Of a stretch of DNA of 61,786 bases, positions 47,035-56,262 are shown piece by piece. Source of the DNA: a virus (Duplodnaviria > Caudoviricetes); IMG/VR virus record IMGVR_UViG_3300021960_009997, positions 1 to 61,786 of that record. One strand, 5' to 3'. The notes under the pieces were generated by a model. The model was not told where the DNA came from, did not search any database, and was given only the letters and a program-made list of their open reading frames with translations. Numbering within the stretch: the first letter of the stretch is position 1; each line of letters begins with the position of its first letter. Position numbers and translations under genes: made by a program.

Positions 47035-48406
47035 TTTCTATCTCCTTGTCTATTCTACGACAATACGCATCTTGACCCAAAATTCTAAAATTGGTGTTTA
47101 TACTTTTTACAAAATTTTGCAAACACTTTTGATTTTCAAAAACGGGTTGATTTATTGCACTAAAATCTGTTGAAAAAATATTAGATACACTGACCAAGGT
47201 GTGCCCCTCAAAATAACTTGTTAGACTTTTTGGGTCATTGAACAAATCACATTCTATAAACTGTACTCTTGCTTTTCTAAACTTTTCTAAGGTTGTATAA
47301 AAATCATCAGTGAAAAAAGAAGAGCCACTTCCAAACGCATCTATACTTCTTTGTATAGAATCACTTGCTTCTTTTGTGTATATTGTATTTTCTTTATCGG
47401 AAAAAACTTTGCTACCTGCTACAAAAAAGTATTGTCTGTCTTTCCATTGTTTTGCCAGTTCTTTAATATCTGTTGATTCACTTTCATATATAAATTTAGC
47501 CCATGCCAAACTTAAAGGGTTATAATCATATATTAATAATGTACCGGTATCTTTCATATAATTAACTGCATTAATCATTTTAAATCCGGATGCTGGTAAA
47601 GCAACTGTGTCATAAAAGGGGTTGTTATATATTTCAAAGTCTATAGACTCTGTGTTAGTTAACCATATTTTCGGAAATGATACTGATCTTATTTGTTTAA
47701 TTACATTTTGCTGTACAATCAGTAAATCTATATTTTTTTCTGGTTTTATAATATTGTCCCAGAACTCAGCACTTCTATGTTCTGGATAACAATACTCATA
47801 TTTTCTTGAGGGTTGTAAGGAAATAACTCGCATATTATTATTTCCGGCAGCTTCAATGTAACCCCAACCCTGTCGCTGATGATGCTGTTCCTTTTTTTCA
47901 CCGGTGAAGTTTATAGTGATATGTTTGTCATTTATTACTTTTTCTACAACTGGTAATTCTCTTACCTCGTTTTCCCAACCGCCGAAACAAGGAGACCCTG
48001 CTCGACACCATCTTTTAACATCTACAAGTAAAATAGAATGATGTATTTCACAATAAGAATCTTCGCCGTCTCTTAAATTGCCGGCAACAAAAAAATCATC
48101 TTCATTGTCTATAATATCCTTAAAGTCAAACAAAGCAGACATATCCGATATTTTCATTCCGGCCGACAATATCAAAACATATTCATGTTTATCCTGAAGA
48201 TCAACTAAAGCAGAATCAATGTGAGTCGATTCATAAATTTTGATTGGATTATCAGGATGTACTAATTGATTCAATCTATGAGCATAAAATTTTGTATACT
48301 CTGTCATTTTATTTTGCAATGGAGTATGTCTTAGTGTGTCCGGTGGACAAATACATATTGCTAAATTATAATTGTCATTATAAAATGTAGTAGTTATTAT
48401 ATCCAT
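47024..48406 (-). CDS. Hypothetical two-domain protein
   Basis: N-terminus paralogous to 42645-43346; C-terminus has PASG, YD.N, .DLF, SNIF motifs, possibly a Rossmann fold. Confidence 0.65.
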   Translation of the reverse strand: MDIITTTFYNDNYNLAICICPPDTLRHTPLQNKMTEYTKFYAHRLNQLVHPDNPIKIYESTHIDSALVDLQDKHEYVLILSAGMKISDMSALFDFKDIIDNEDDFFVAGNLRDGEDSYCEIHHSILLVDVKRWCRAGSPCFGGWENEVRELPVVEKVINDKHITINFTGEKKEQHHQRQGWGYIEAAGNNNMRVISLQPSRKYEYCYPEHRSAEFWDNIIKPEKNIDLLIVQQNVIKQIRSVSFPKIWLTNTESIDFEIYNNPFYDTVALPASGFKMINAVNYMKDTGTLLIYDYNPLSLAWAKFIYESESTDIKELAKQWKDRQYFFVAGSKVFSDKENTIYTKEASDSIQRSIDAFGSGSSFFTDDFYTTLEKFRKARVQFIECDLFNDPKSLTSYFEGHTLVSVSNIFSTDFSAINQPVFENQKCLQNFVKSINTNFRILGQDAYCRRIDKEIENGD

Positions 48407-49503
48407 TATATATTTTTTAACCTAATTATATTTTCGATTCTTCTGTCAAGATCGTATTCAGACTTGACTTTATGTGGTTGGAATATTTTAGATTCACCAA
48501 ACTTTTCTTTATACCAGCCGGTATTTTTGTCGAATATTGGAAACTTTGTAATGTTTACATCTGTTGTACATAAACATTTGGTTTGTGTACAAATTTCAGC
48601 ACTGTCAGGCAGTCTATAACTCTCATGGTCATTGATATGAAACAAGTCGCCTCCCTGAAAACAGTTTCCTTTTTTCACATACCCATTAAAGTGTATAAAC
48701 AAAGATTCCAATCCTATATTACAGGCCCAACCTCTAAAATCATTTTCTTGGTTCATAACTAATTTATTTAGATCTGCCAGTGGTTCTACAGACCCGTCTC
48801 GTCTATAAACTGTAGAGCTTATATCAGCAGCTCTATATCTTTTATCTTTTATTGCGTGAAGTCCAGGTGCTGTCTGAATAACTGCTGAATTTTTTTGTAA
48901 CCATTCTTCCATTTCAGGTGTATAGTTTGCCCCACAGTTTCCAACATTTGCCTGTTCTTCATATATTCTAACAGCCTCAAAGCTAATAGTTCCGAGTCTT
49001 TTTAATTTTTCCCAAAAAGCAACACACCTGTCCCATCTATCAGAATCCATCATTACTCTAATAGAATTGCCCGTATATTTTTGACAATATACAACTTTGT
49101 CAACCCACTCATCTTCTTTAGCTTCATCTAACATAGCACAATGGTAACTCCAACTTATATGCCCACAATAAGGAGCAACCCTGTCCCAATATTTTTTTGT
49201 TCTCGCACCGTTAGTGGTTACAGTAGTAGTACCGTTTCCGTCATAAATTGTTTTTACAAGATCTGGGAAAAAAGGACTAACGGTTGGTTCACCCCCTGAT
49301 ATACTACACGTTATTGAGGGGTATGTATTTTGAAGTCTTTTTATAAAAGACAATAATTTTTCTTGTTCATAATGATGGTTAGTACCACTCCACAGTGAAG
49401 GCGGGCAATACCTACATTTGTTAGTGCATATATTGTTAATTACCAAGGTAAGTAATAAAGATTTAGAATCGTTTTTTATGTATGATACTGTGTTGTCAAT
49501 CAT
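48406..49503 (-). CDS. Radical SAM protein
   Basis: CTNKCRYC, SGGEPT, TTNG, C-terminal GWAC..G, C....C.C. Confidence 0.9.
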   Translation of the reverse strand: MIDNTVSYIKNDSKSLLLTLVINNICTNKCRYCPPSLWSGTNHHYEQEKLLSFIKRLQNTYPSITCSISGGEPTVSPFFPDLVKTIYDGNGTTTVTTNGARTKKYWDRVAPYCGHISWSYHCAMLDEAKEDEWVDKVVYCQKYTGNSIRVMMDSDRWDRCVAFWEKLKRLGTISFEAVRIYEEQANVGNCGANYTPEMEEWLQKNSAVIQTAPGLHAIKDKRYRAADISSTVYRRDGSVEPLADLNKLVMNQENDFRGWACNIGLESLFIHFNGYVKKGNCFQGGDLFHINDHESYRLPDSAEICTQTKCLCTTDVNITKFPIFDKNTGWYKEKFGESKIFQPHKVKSEYDLDRRIENIIRLKNI

Positions 49504-50083
49504 TTTTTGTACCTATAGCCATGTATCTTTTAAAATTGTTGCAAGGCAAAATACCTGAATAGTCTGGGTCGTCTGAGTAGTTTTGATTTAAGAAATGTTC
49601 TAATGATTCACTGCACCGAATGTGTTCTTCACAATCAAAGTAATCGTTTCCCTGTATAATGTAGGTAGTGCCGTTAGGTATATTATCCCACCACTTACTA
49701 TATATATCTTGTGTCATGTGTTCACATGAAGTGTTGATAACTAACCCTGGTTTTGAGGAATACTGATATTTGCTTGCGCATGAAGTGATAGAAGTAATAT
49801 TATCTCCACATGAAATTTGTTTAAATACATTCTCACAATGAGGATCCAAGTCCACTGTAATAATCTTAATTCCTGGAAATTTATCAGATATAAGCTGAGC
49901 AAGAATCCCGTACCAACCACCAAATATAACTACATTGGTTATCTGCATATCTTGAATTTTTGATAACAACCACTGTTTACTGTCAAATTGACTGGGCCAA
50001 AAACATTCAGTAAATCTTTTCGCTTCTTCAGGATTATTGCGAATATACTCCATCCATTTTAAAACATACTTGTCCGAAATCAC
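49496..50083 (-). CDS. Class I SAM-dependent methyltransferase-like protein
   Basis: VVIFGGWYG, VDLD, INTSCEHM. Confidence 0.7.
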   Translation of the reverse strand: MISDKYVLKWMEYIRNNPEEAKRFTECFWPSQFDSKQWLLSKIQDMQITNVVIFGGWYGILAQLISDKFPGIKIITVDLDPHCENVFKQISCGDNITSITSCASKYQYSSKPGLVINTSCEHMTQDIYSKWWDNIPNGTTYIIQGNDYFDCEEHIRCSESLEHFLNQNYSDDPDYSGILPCNNFKRYMAIGTKND

Positions 50084-50887
50084 TTATTCACCACTATTAA
50101 AATTACCAATTATTGTTGTTTTGGATTGTGAAAAATCTAAAGAGCTTACTCTATCAAAAAAAGGTATCATATTTTGAGTATTATCCTCACTAACAAATGC
50201 GTGTAATGTGCCACCTTCTTGTAAATCGTAATGATAGAATTCTCTACCTCTAATTAGGAAATAGTTTATTGTAGGTGTCTGACTGTACAACTCAAACATT
50301 GCTAAATAATCATCCGCTGCTTTTAGTTCTTCATTATAACGAAAACTTTTAGCTGCATGAGATGACAATAAAAGAAACCTATTAAAGGGTAAAATGTCCT
50401 CGGTCAATTTATTCAATTGACGTAACATTCTCCAGTTAGGTTTGGACTTAGCAGCAAATGTAGAGCCTGACATATTTTTAGCAAAGTCTTTCCATTCTGT
50501 TTGTTTCCCATTATATGTCATTGTGTTTTTTAACTCACCAAACACATCAGGCATAGTGTCGGGTTCTAAAATTTTTGCGTAACGTACAATTTCTTTGACA
50601 GCTCCTTTAACATAGTAATCGTCACCATCAATAGGCAATAGATATTGATAGCGTTTTTGAATAAAATAATCCAACACACTATTCTTACCTCTGCCCGGTG
50701 TCCCGTTACATGGTGTTTCGATTACTGTATAGCCAGCACAGCTCTCCTCAACCTGCTTTAAATAATGCGGATCGGGAGAGTTCACAATAACTACAATATC
50801 TACATCTTTACAGTCTACTGAGTCTATACATCTTCGTGCTTTTTCTGCGTCTCTTGTAGTCAATACTCCAACTAAAAACTTAGACAC
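50084..50887 (-). CDS. Glycosyltransferase family 2-like protein
   Basis: N-terminal beta-strand, NG.PG.G.N, IDGDD, ..DD acceptor motif. Confidence 0.75.
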   Translation of the reverse strand: MSKFLVGVLTTRDAEKARRCIDSVDCKDVDIVVIVNSPDPHYLKQVEESCAGYTVIETPCNGTPGRGKNSVLDYFIQKRYQYLLPIDGDDYYVKGAVKEIVRYAKILEPDTMPDVFGELKNTMTYNGKQTEWKDFAKNMSGSTFAAKSKPNWRMLRQLNKLTEDILPFNRFLLLSSHAAKSFRYNEELKAADDYLAMFELYSQTPTINYFLIRGREFYHYDLQEGGTLHAFVSEDNTQNMIPFFDRVSSLDFSQSKTTIIGNFNSGE

Positions 50888-51752
50888 TATTTCTCCTTAA
50901 AATCCATTCCGGGTCGTCCCTGTTACTTATAGGAAACGTATACCGGTGTAATACCCGTTTTTCTAATATGTCATTATTATAGTACGGCCGACGGTGCAAT
51001 GTCAATAGTTGATCGCTTAAAACTATGTCACCGTATTCCCAAAAGTGTCGGTAAATAAATTTATCCTGATACAGATACTCCATGAGTTCATCATAGAAGT
51101 CTTTGTCCGTAACAAGGTCATTATTGTGATACCAATACAGGCCTTTGACACCTGCAACATTTTCCTGTAAGATATACATCTCATATTCTTCGATATTCTG
51201 TGACATATATTTTAACTGATACTCAGGTGGTTTGTCAGCCCATTTACTCGCAGCAGTATACTTATACCTGCATTTTACACCCTCAAGTTTTTGTTTGAGT
51301 TCAATTGGCATTTCTTCTAATGCTCGAGCAGTATTCAGCCATTGAGTTTCAGTACCAACACTTCCATCAATACCCTGTAGTGCAACACCGTCTGCTCGTG
51401 TTGGCCCGTTTAGATTAGCGTGCCATTTGAGTTCGCCTGTTGGGAATATGCCACCAAATTTGCCAGCATCTGTCTTACCACCGGTGACACGCTGGCAAGG
51501 AAATGTATCTACACTTGTAGGGTCTACATAGTCACCGGGAAGCCCTATCAAATCCCCGTGTCTATTCCACAGCATTTGTTTGTAATTGGATATGCGACTC
51601 ATTTTGTGAATGAGTCTTGTTAGGTAAATATTATTGGTCGATTGTTTTGGAATAACAACAATCAATTCTTCTGATAGTGTCTTAAAAATGTCCTGTGCTA
51701 ATTCATCACTTACATCTCTAATGTCAATATCAAGCTCTACATGATTATCCAC
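50880..51752 (-). CDS. TauD/TfdA family dioxygenase
   Basis: L.WHAN, T.W.N, H.W..GD.V..DQ..TLHRR, R.LHR. Confidence 0.8.
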   Translation of the reverse strand: MDNHVELDIDIRDVSDELAQDIFKTLSEELIVVIPKQSTNNIYLTRLIHKMSRISNYKQMLWNRHGDLIGLPGDYVDPTSVDTFPCQRVTGGKTDAGKFGGIFPTGELKWHANLNGPTRADGVALQGIDGSVGTETQWLNTARALEEMPIELKQKLEGVKCRYKYTAASKWADKPPEYQLKYMSQNIEEYEMYILQENVAGVKGLYWYHNNDLVTDKDFYDELMEYLYQDKFIYRHFWEYGDIVLSDQLLTLHRRPYYNNDILEKRVLHRYTFPISNRDDPEWILRRNSV

Positions 51753-52053
51753 GTCTCATCCTCGAAATGTCTTTAGCTTGCTCCTCGTTGATAATAGGAA
51801 CAGCATTAGACTTGTGCATTGTAGCAATGCCCTTGACAAGGGTACCTGTGTACTCCTTACGCTCGGGCTTCGAGGTATTTATAGAGCCTGAAGTAGTCAT
51901 GCTCGGATATTGGGGGGTCTCACGGTAATGTGGATTAGGAGGCGGAGTATAGGCCTGAAACGGCGGCGGAGTATATTTCTGATACACTTCGCCTTTGGGT
52001 TTACTGGCCTTGCGTCTACGGGATTTATTATTAGCTGAAAGATCTAAAAACAT
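51745..52053 (-). CDS. Hypothetical phage protein
   Basis: YTG.LVKGIATMHKSNAVP; start moved to ATG 52053 (GAGGA RBS); internal TATAAATA at 51883-51876. Confidence 0.7.
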   Translation of the reverse strand: MFLDLSANNKSRRRKASKPKGEVYQKYTPPPFQAYTPPPNPHYRETPQYPSMTTSGSINTSKPERKEYTGTLVKGIATMHKSNAVPIINEEQAKDISRMRRG

Positions 52054-52081
52054 ACCATATTCCTCATTAAATAGTCCGACT

Positions 52082-52110
52082 ATTATGACACATATATGTC
52101 GATTTGTCAA
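52082..52110 (-). promoter_or_regulatory. Sigma70-type promoter
   Basis: GC-TTGACA, 17 bp, CATAAT; IHF-like AATCAATGACTTA at 52130-52142. Confidence 0.65.
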
Positions 52111-52140
52111 GCATTTTTCGGCCTAACAAAATCAATGACT

Positions 52141-52148
52141 TATAAATA
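52141..52148 (+). promoter_or_regulatory. T4-type late promoter
   Basis: TATAAATA upstream of the nitroreductase. Confidence 0.75.
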
Positions 52149-52175
52149 GTAGACAAAATCCTATAGGAGGAAAAC

Positions 52176-52808
52176 ATGGAAACTCGTAAGTTTACAAATA
52201 ACGACATAAGAAAGGCTATTCATCGTAGCCAACATACTCAACGCAACTGGGATCTTGACAAACAAATAACCGCAGAGGATTTAGATACTATCATTGAAGC
52301 GGCTACTCAATGTCCAAGCAAACAGGGACGCCCTTTTTACAAAACTCATGTAATTACTAACAGGGATTTGATTGAGAAGATTCATGCCGGAACAGAAGGA
52401 TTTGGTTTATTATTTACTGATGAGGGTGTAAAAGCTCAGACTAATCCTCAAACACTTGCAAATGTTGTACTTGTGTTTGAAAGAAACAATGAAACAAAAT
52501 CACACATGAAACATCCTGCGGGTGAAAAGCACGCAGATTTAACACAAAGAGATACTGATGTGGCTATTGGTATTGCAGCAGGTTATGTAAACCTTGTTTC
52601 GTCATTGTTGGGATACAAAACTGGCTGTTGCCAATGTTTTGACCCAGCCAAAATGTCAGAAACTATTGGACTTGAAGGTGATACCTTGCTTATCATGGGT
52701 GTCGGTAATGGACAAGAAGGTGTCAACCGTAGAGTTCATCATAAAGACGGAAGTTACGTCTTTAGCAGTAAAAGAAAAGAGGAAATGCCGGTTACATACG
52801 TAGCCTAA
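52176..52808 (+). CDS. Nitroreductase family protein
   Basis: RSQ..QRNW, I..AA...PS, D..IGIAAG...L....LGYKTG.C, L..GVG; AGGAGG RBS. Confidence 0.8.
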   Translation: METRKFTNNDIRKAIHRSQHTQRNWDLDKQITAEDLDTIIEAATQCPSKQGRPFYKTHVITNRDLIEKIHAGTEGFGLLFTDEGVKAQTNPQTLANVVLVFERNNETKSHMKHPAGEKHADLTQRDTDVAIGIAAGYVNLVSSLLGYKTGCCQCFDPAKMSETIGLEGDTLLIMGVGNGQEGVNRRVHHKDGSYVFSSKRKEEMPVTYVA

Positions 52809-52832
52809 AAAACTAAACACAAGGAAAAATAC

Positions 52833-53816
52833 ATGAAACGCTCCACAGCGTTTATCATGCTTTTGATGACCAATATAGCTTATGGACAAGTAGCAAACGA
52901 TGCAGATGGTAACTTTGACTCAACAACATACGTAGAAACAAACAATACTACCAATACGAGTAGTACGTCTGCATCTACCTCAAATAACACCAACTTAAAC
53001 ACTAACAACACAACCATTAGTGCAACAAACACTAATAACAACACTAACCTAAATACCAACAACACAACAATCAACGCCACTAATACGAATACTAATAATA
53101 ATATTCTGTCTGGTGGCACCAACAATACTAACACCAACAACAATACAAATGTAAACTTTAATAACACATCTGTAACAGCAACAAACAGCAACACCAACAC
53201 TAACAACAATACTAATGTTAGTACAAGCACGGCGAATAATACCAATGTTAATACTAATAACAGCACGGTAGACTCGACTGCTACAACTAACAATACAAAT
53301 ACCACAACCAGTGATAATACAAACACTAACTATAATGAAAGTGTTGCTACAAACAACAATACCAATGTAAACGAAAACAGAAACTTGAGCGAGTCTAATC
53401 AGACTCAGGATATCAATCAAAAAATTGAATCACCTCCTCCCTCTGCCATCGCTCCAAGTATTGGTAGTTCTTACTCACAAGACTTATGTACTACGGGTGT
53501 TGGTGGTGCAGTACAAACTCAGATCATAGGTATTTCTGCAGGTAAATCTGTAACAGATGAAAACTGTGAAAGAATCAAACTGAGCAAGACACTGTATGAC
53601 ATGGGTATGCGTGTAGCTGCTGTTTCTCTTATGTGTCAAGACGAGCGTGTGTGGACTGCTATGAAAATGGCAGGCACTCCTTGTCCGTGGCAAGGACTAA
53701 TCGGTGACGAAGCAGGTGCAGCGTGGGAAGAAAACTTAACTGACATTCCTGGTGTCAGTGAAAGAGATGTAGACAGAGGAAGAGTTACCTCATCACCTAA
53801 CAGCCCAACAAGATGA
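52833..53816 (+). CDS. Secreted protein with Asn/Thr-rich repeats and Cys-containing C-terminal domain
   Basis: Signal-like N-terminus, ~150 aa of NTN-type repeats, then PPPSAIAP..DLC...CERIKL...MCQD...AGTPCP. Confidence 0.75.
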   Translation: MKRSTAFIMLLMTNIAYGQVANDADGNFDSTTYVETNNTTNTSSTSASTSNNTNLNTNNTTISATNTNNNTNLNTNNTTINATNTNTNNNILSGGTNNTNTNNNTNVNFNNTSVTATNSNTNTNNNTNVSTSTANNTNVNTNNSTVDSTATTNNTNTTTSDNTNTNYNESVATNNNTNVNENRNLSESNQTQDINQKIESPPPSAIAPSIGSSYSQDLCTTGVGGAVQTQIIGISAGKSVTDENCERIKLSKTLYDMGMRVAAVSLMCQDERVWTAMKMAGTPCPWQGLIGDEAGAAWEENLTDIPGVSERDVDRGRVTSSPNSPTR

Positions 53817-55765
53817 AAAAACTTTTACTAACATTATTGTTTTTTAGTAACTTGGTCTTAGGTCAAGGAGCTGACTATCTTTCACCCGGTGGTATGACTC
53901 AGATTATGGATGGTCGAGATGACGCTACACAACATATATCATTGGGCCATGCCTTTCCTTATTACGGCGGAGTGTTCACAGACGCTTGGATGTCTACTAA
54001 CGGATTCATTCTGTTGTATGACCCAGTAAAACAATTTGGTAATCAATGGACTGATGATAGCCGTTGTTGTTCTGGGTTTGACCCCACTGGTTATGATGGG
54101 TATTTTAGCTTTATGCTTGCTCCCCTATGGACTGACCTTATAGACCTCAACAATACCCTGGATGACGGATATTGGTATAAAACAAATGAAGGTGTTTCTT
54201 CATTTCTCTGGTACAATGTAAACGAGTTTGGTAGCACCAACACCAATACCTTTCAAATAGATCTTTGGCCTGATGGTTCGTTTGATTTTATCTATGATGA
54301 AGTAGATATAGTGGGGCATGACACATGGATTGGTTTTACAGGTGATGCTACTATAGACGTAACCCAATTACAGTTTTCCCAAGGCAGTGTGGATGAATTT
54401 AGCTTAGACTTTATATCACAAACCTTTTCTGGCGGCAGGGCTTGGTATGGACAAGATGGTGGATACGAAAGTTCACTGGATTGTACTGATGCTTTAAACG
54501 ATAGCCGTTGTCCAAAATACCAAGAAGCATATTTTGCATATGAGTGTGACATGGATCCTTTGTATGATACAAATTGCCCAGGGTATGACCAAGAAATATT
54601 AATACAAGAGATGTCTGATACAGATTTTATCTTTGGTGATGACATTTCAGACTTTTATTATGAGGAGGAAACAGAGATGTTTCTTTTTGAAGAGGATGAA
54701 ACATATATGTTTACTGAGGAGGATATCTATGGAGATGACTACGACGGATTTACATACAACGATGAATCAGAAGACCCTTTTGGAGATGGCGGATATGAGG
54801 AAGAGACTTTTGAAGAAGCGTGGGACTTATCAGGCGAAGAATTGGATGAATTTTATTCCGATGACCTATTACCAGAAGAAGAAGAATTTTACGCCGAATC
54901 AGATGAGCTCGGAGAAGAAGGGGATATTTACACCGAATCCTTTGATGAATCGCTCGAAGAAGAAATGGGAGCCTTTGACTATAGTGAAGATTTTATTGTA
55001 GAAGAAGATATATTTGTCGAGGATATTTTGATAATAGAGGAAGAAAAAGCGGCTGGTCCGAATGTGAACCCTGTTTCTATAGCAATGGCCCAAGTAGAAG
55101 ATGCCATTGCACAGACCGAAGAAAATATGAGTAAGATGAATAGTGAATTTACATCTGAAGATGACGATATGAGTAATAATGATGGAAATTTACTCACAAC
55201 CTTTGGAGATGAAACAGCTTTCTATGAAGATGCCACATTAAACCTAATAGTAGACCCAACTATTACAGTAATGGTAGATTCAGAAGAACAATCAGAAACA
55301 GTAGAAGTTATGAGCGACAATACTGTGGCCTCAAGCGAACAAGGTTTCCAAGAACAACAAAATCAATCATTCAGTACAGGACAAAGTATAACTGCTGTAC
55401 TGAATAACGTAACTCCAAACTTTTCACAGTTTGACGTAGCCCCTCCCTCTCAACAAGAACAACAAACATCAGACCGAGCAGCGTCACAGGCTAACAATAT
55501 GTCAGAAGAACAGTTAGCAAGCAACTTGGATGAGTTTACTGACCAAATGCAAGACTCAGGCGGTTTCACTGACCAAAGTCTGACTATGTTTCTAATGGGA
55601 CGAGTAAGTGGATTTGACGCTTACAATACTACCTTACAAGATGTCTCTTTTTACACTGATAGAGGTATACCAGGCGGCAGGGTACAGAATGACCGAAACA
55701 CTATGCTTCAGCTAATAGGTTCGAGCGGCAAGCATGAAGAAATGATTTCTCAGCAGTATAAATAA
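53813..55765 (+). CDS. Secreted protein with nidogen (NIDO)-like domain and very acidic linker
   Basis: Signal peptide; FPYYG, STNG, LAPLWTDL, NTFQ motifs; Cys repeats; D/E-rich tract. Confidence 0.65.
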   Translation: MKKLLLTLLFFSNLVLGQGADYLSPGGMTQIMDGRDDATQHISLGHAFPYYGGVFTDAWMSTNGFILLYDPVKQFGNQWTDDSRCCSGFDPTGYDGYFSFMLAPLWTDLIDLNNTLDDGYWYKTNEGVSSFLWYNVNEFGSTNTNTFQIDLWPDGSFDFIYDEVDIVGHDTWIGFTGDATIDVTQLQFSQGSVDEFSLDFISQTFSGGRAWYGQDGGYESSLDCTDALNDSRCPKYQEAYFAYECDMDPLYDTNCPGYDQEILIQEMSDTDFIFGDDISDFYYEEETEMFLFEEDETYMFTEEDIYGDDYDGFTYNDESEDPFGDGGYEEETFEEAWDLSGEELDEFYSDDLLPEEEEFYAESDELGEEGDIYTESFDESLEEEMGAFDYSEDFIVEEDIFVEDILIIEEEKAAGPNVNPVSIAMAQVEDAIAQTEENMSKMNSEFTSEDDDMSNNDGNLLTTFGDETAFYEDATLNLIVDPTITVMVDSEEQSETVEVMSDNTVASSEQGFQEQQNQSFSTGQSITAVLNNVTPNFSQFDVAPPSQQEQQTSDRAASQANNMSEEQLASNLDEFTDQMQDSGGFTDQSLTMFLMGRVSGFDAYNTTLQDVSFYTDRGIPGGRVQNDRNTMLQLIGSSGKHEEMISQQYK

Positions 55766-55780
55766 GATAAACTCAGGAGC

Positions 55781-56251
55781 GTGAACATGGTAGAATTAGC
55801 AGCCGCTTTGAGTATGGCAAGTGCCGCTTTTAATGGAATCAAGCGAGCAGTAGATGCCGGTAAAGAAGTAGAAGATGTCGCAAGTTATTTTGGTCGTTTC
55901 TTTGATGCAAAAGACCAGGTCAATGCAGCAAGACAACTCGTACAACATCAACCGGTAGTGAACAAAATATTTCAAGGAGACAGTGTAGAAGCTCAGGCAT
56001 TGGAAGCAACTGCCGCCAAACACAAAATGGAACAGCTTGAAAAGGATTTACGAGAATACCTCATATGGAGTGGACAAGGTGCCTTCTATGAGGATATGAT
56101 GATAGAAAGACGAAGAATAAAGCAAGTAAGAGCAGACGCGGCAAGACGCAAAGCTGAAAACAGAAAATTTTGGATTGATGTGTCTACAATAGGTTTAGCA
56201 GCGTTGGTTTTTACAGGTTTGATTTTAAGTATGTTAATAGCTATACTATAG
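55781..56251 (+). CDS. Hypothetical protein with C-terminal transmembrane helix
   Basis: Helical, hydrophobic C-terminus; AGGAG RBS; TATAAATA at 55757-55764. Confidence 0.7.
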   Translation: MNMVELAAALSMASAAFNGIKRAVDAGKEVEDVASYFGRFFDAKDQVNAARQLVQHQPVVNKIFQGDSVEAQALEATAAKHKMEQLEKDLREYLIWSGQGAFYEDMMIERRRIKQVRADAARRKAENRKFWIDVSTIGLAALVFTGLILSMLIAIL

Positions 56252-56262
56252 GATAAAACATT

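Noticed and set aside
49496-50083. Methyltransferase as the cognate methylase of the MjaI-like nuclease
   Set aside because: Lacks DPPY/NPPY/SPPY or PC DNA-methylase motifs and lies in a different operon about 8 kb away.
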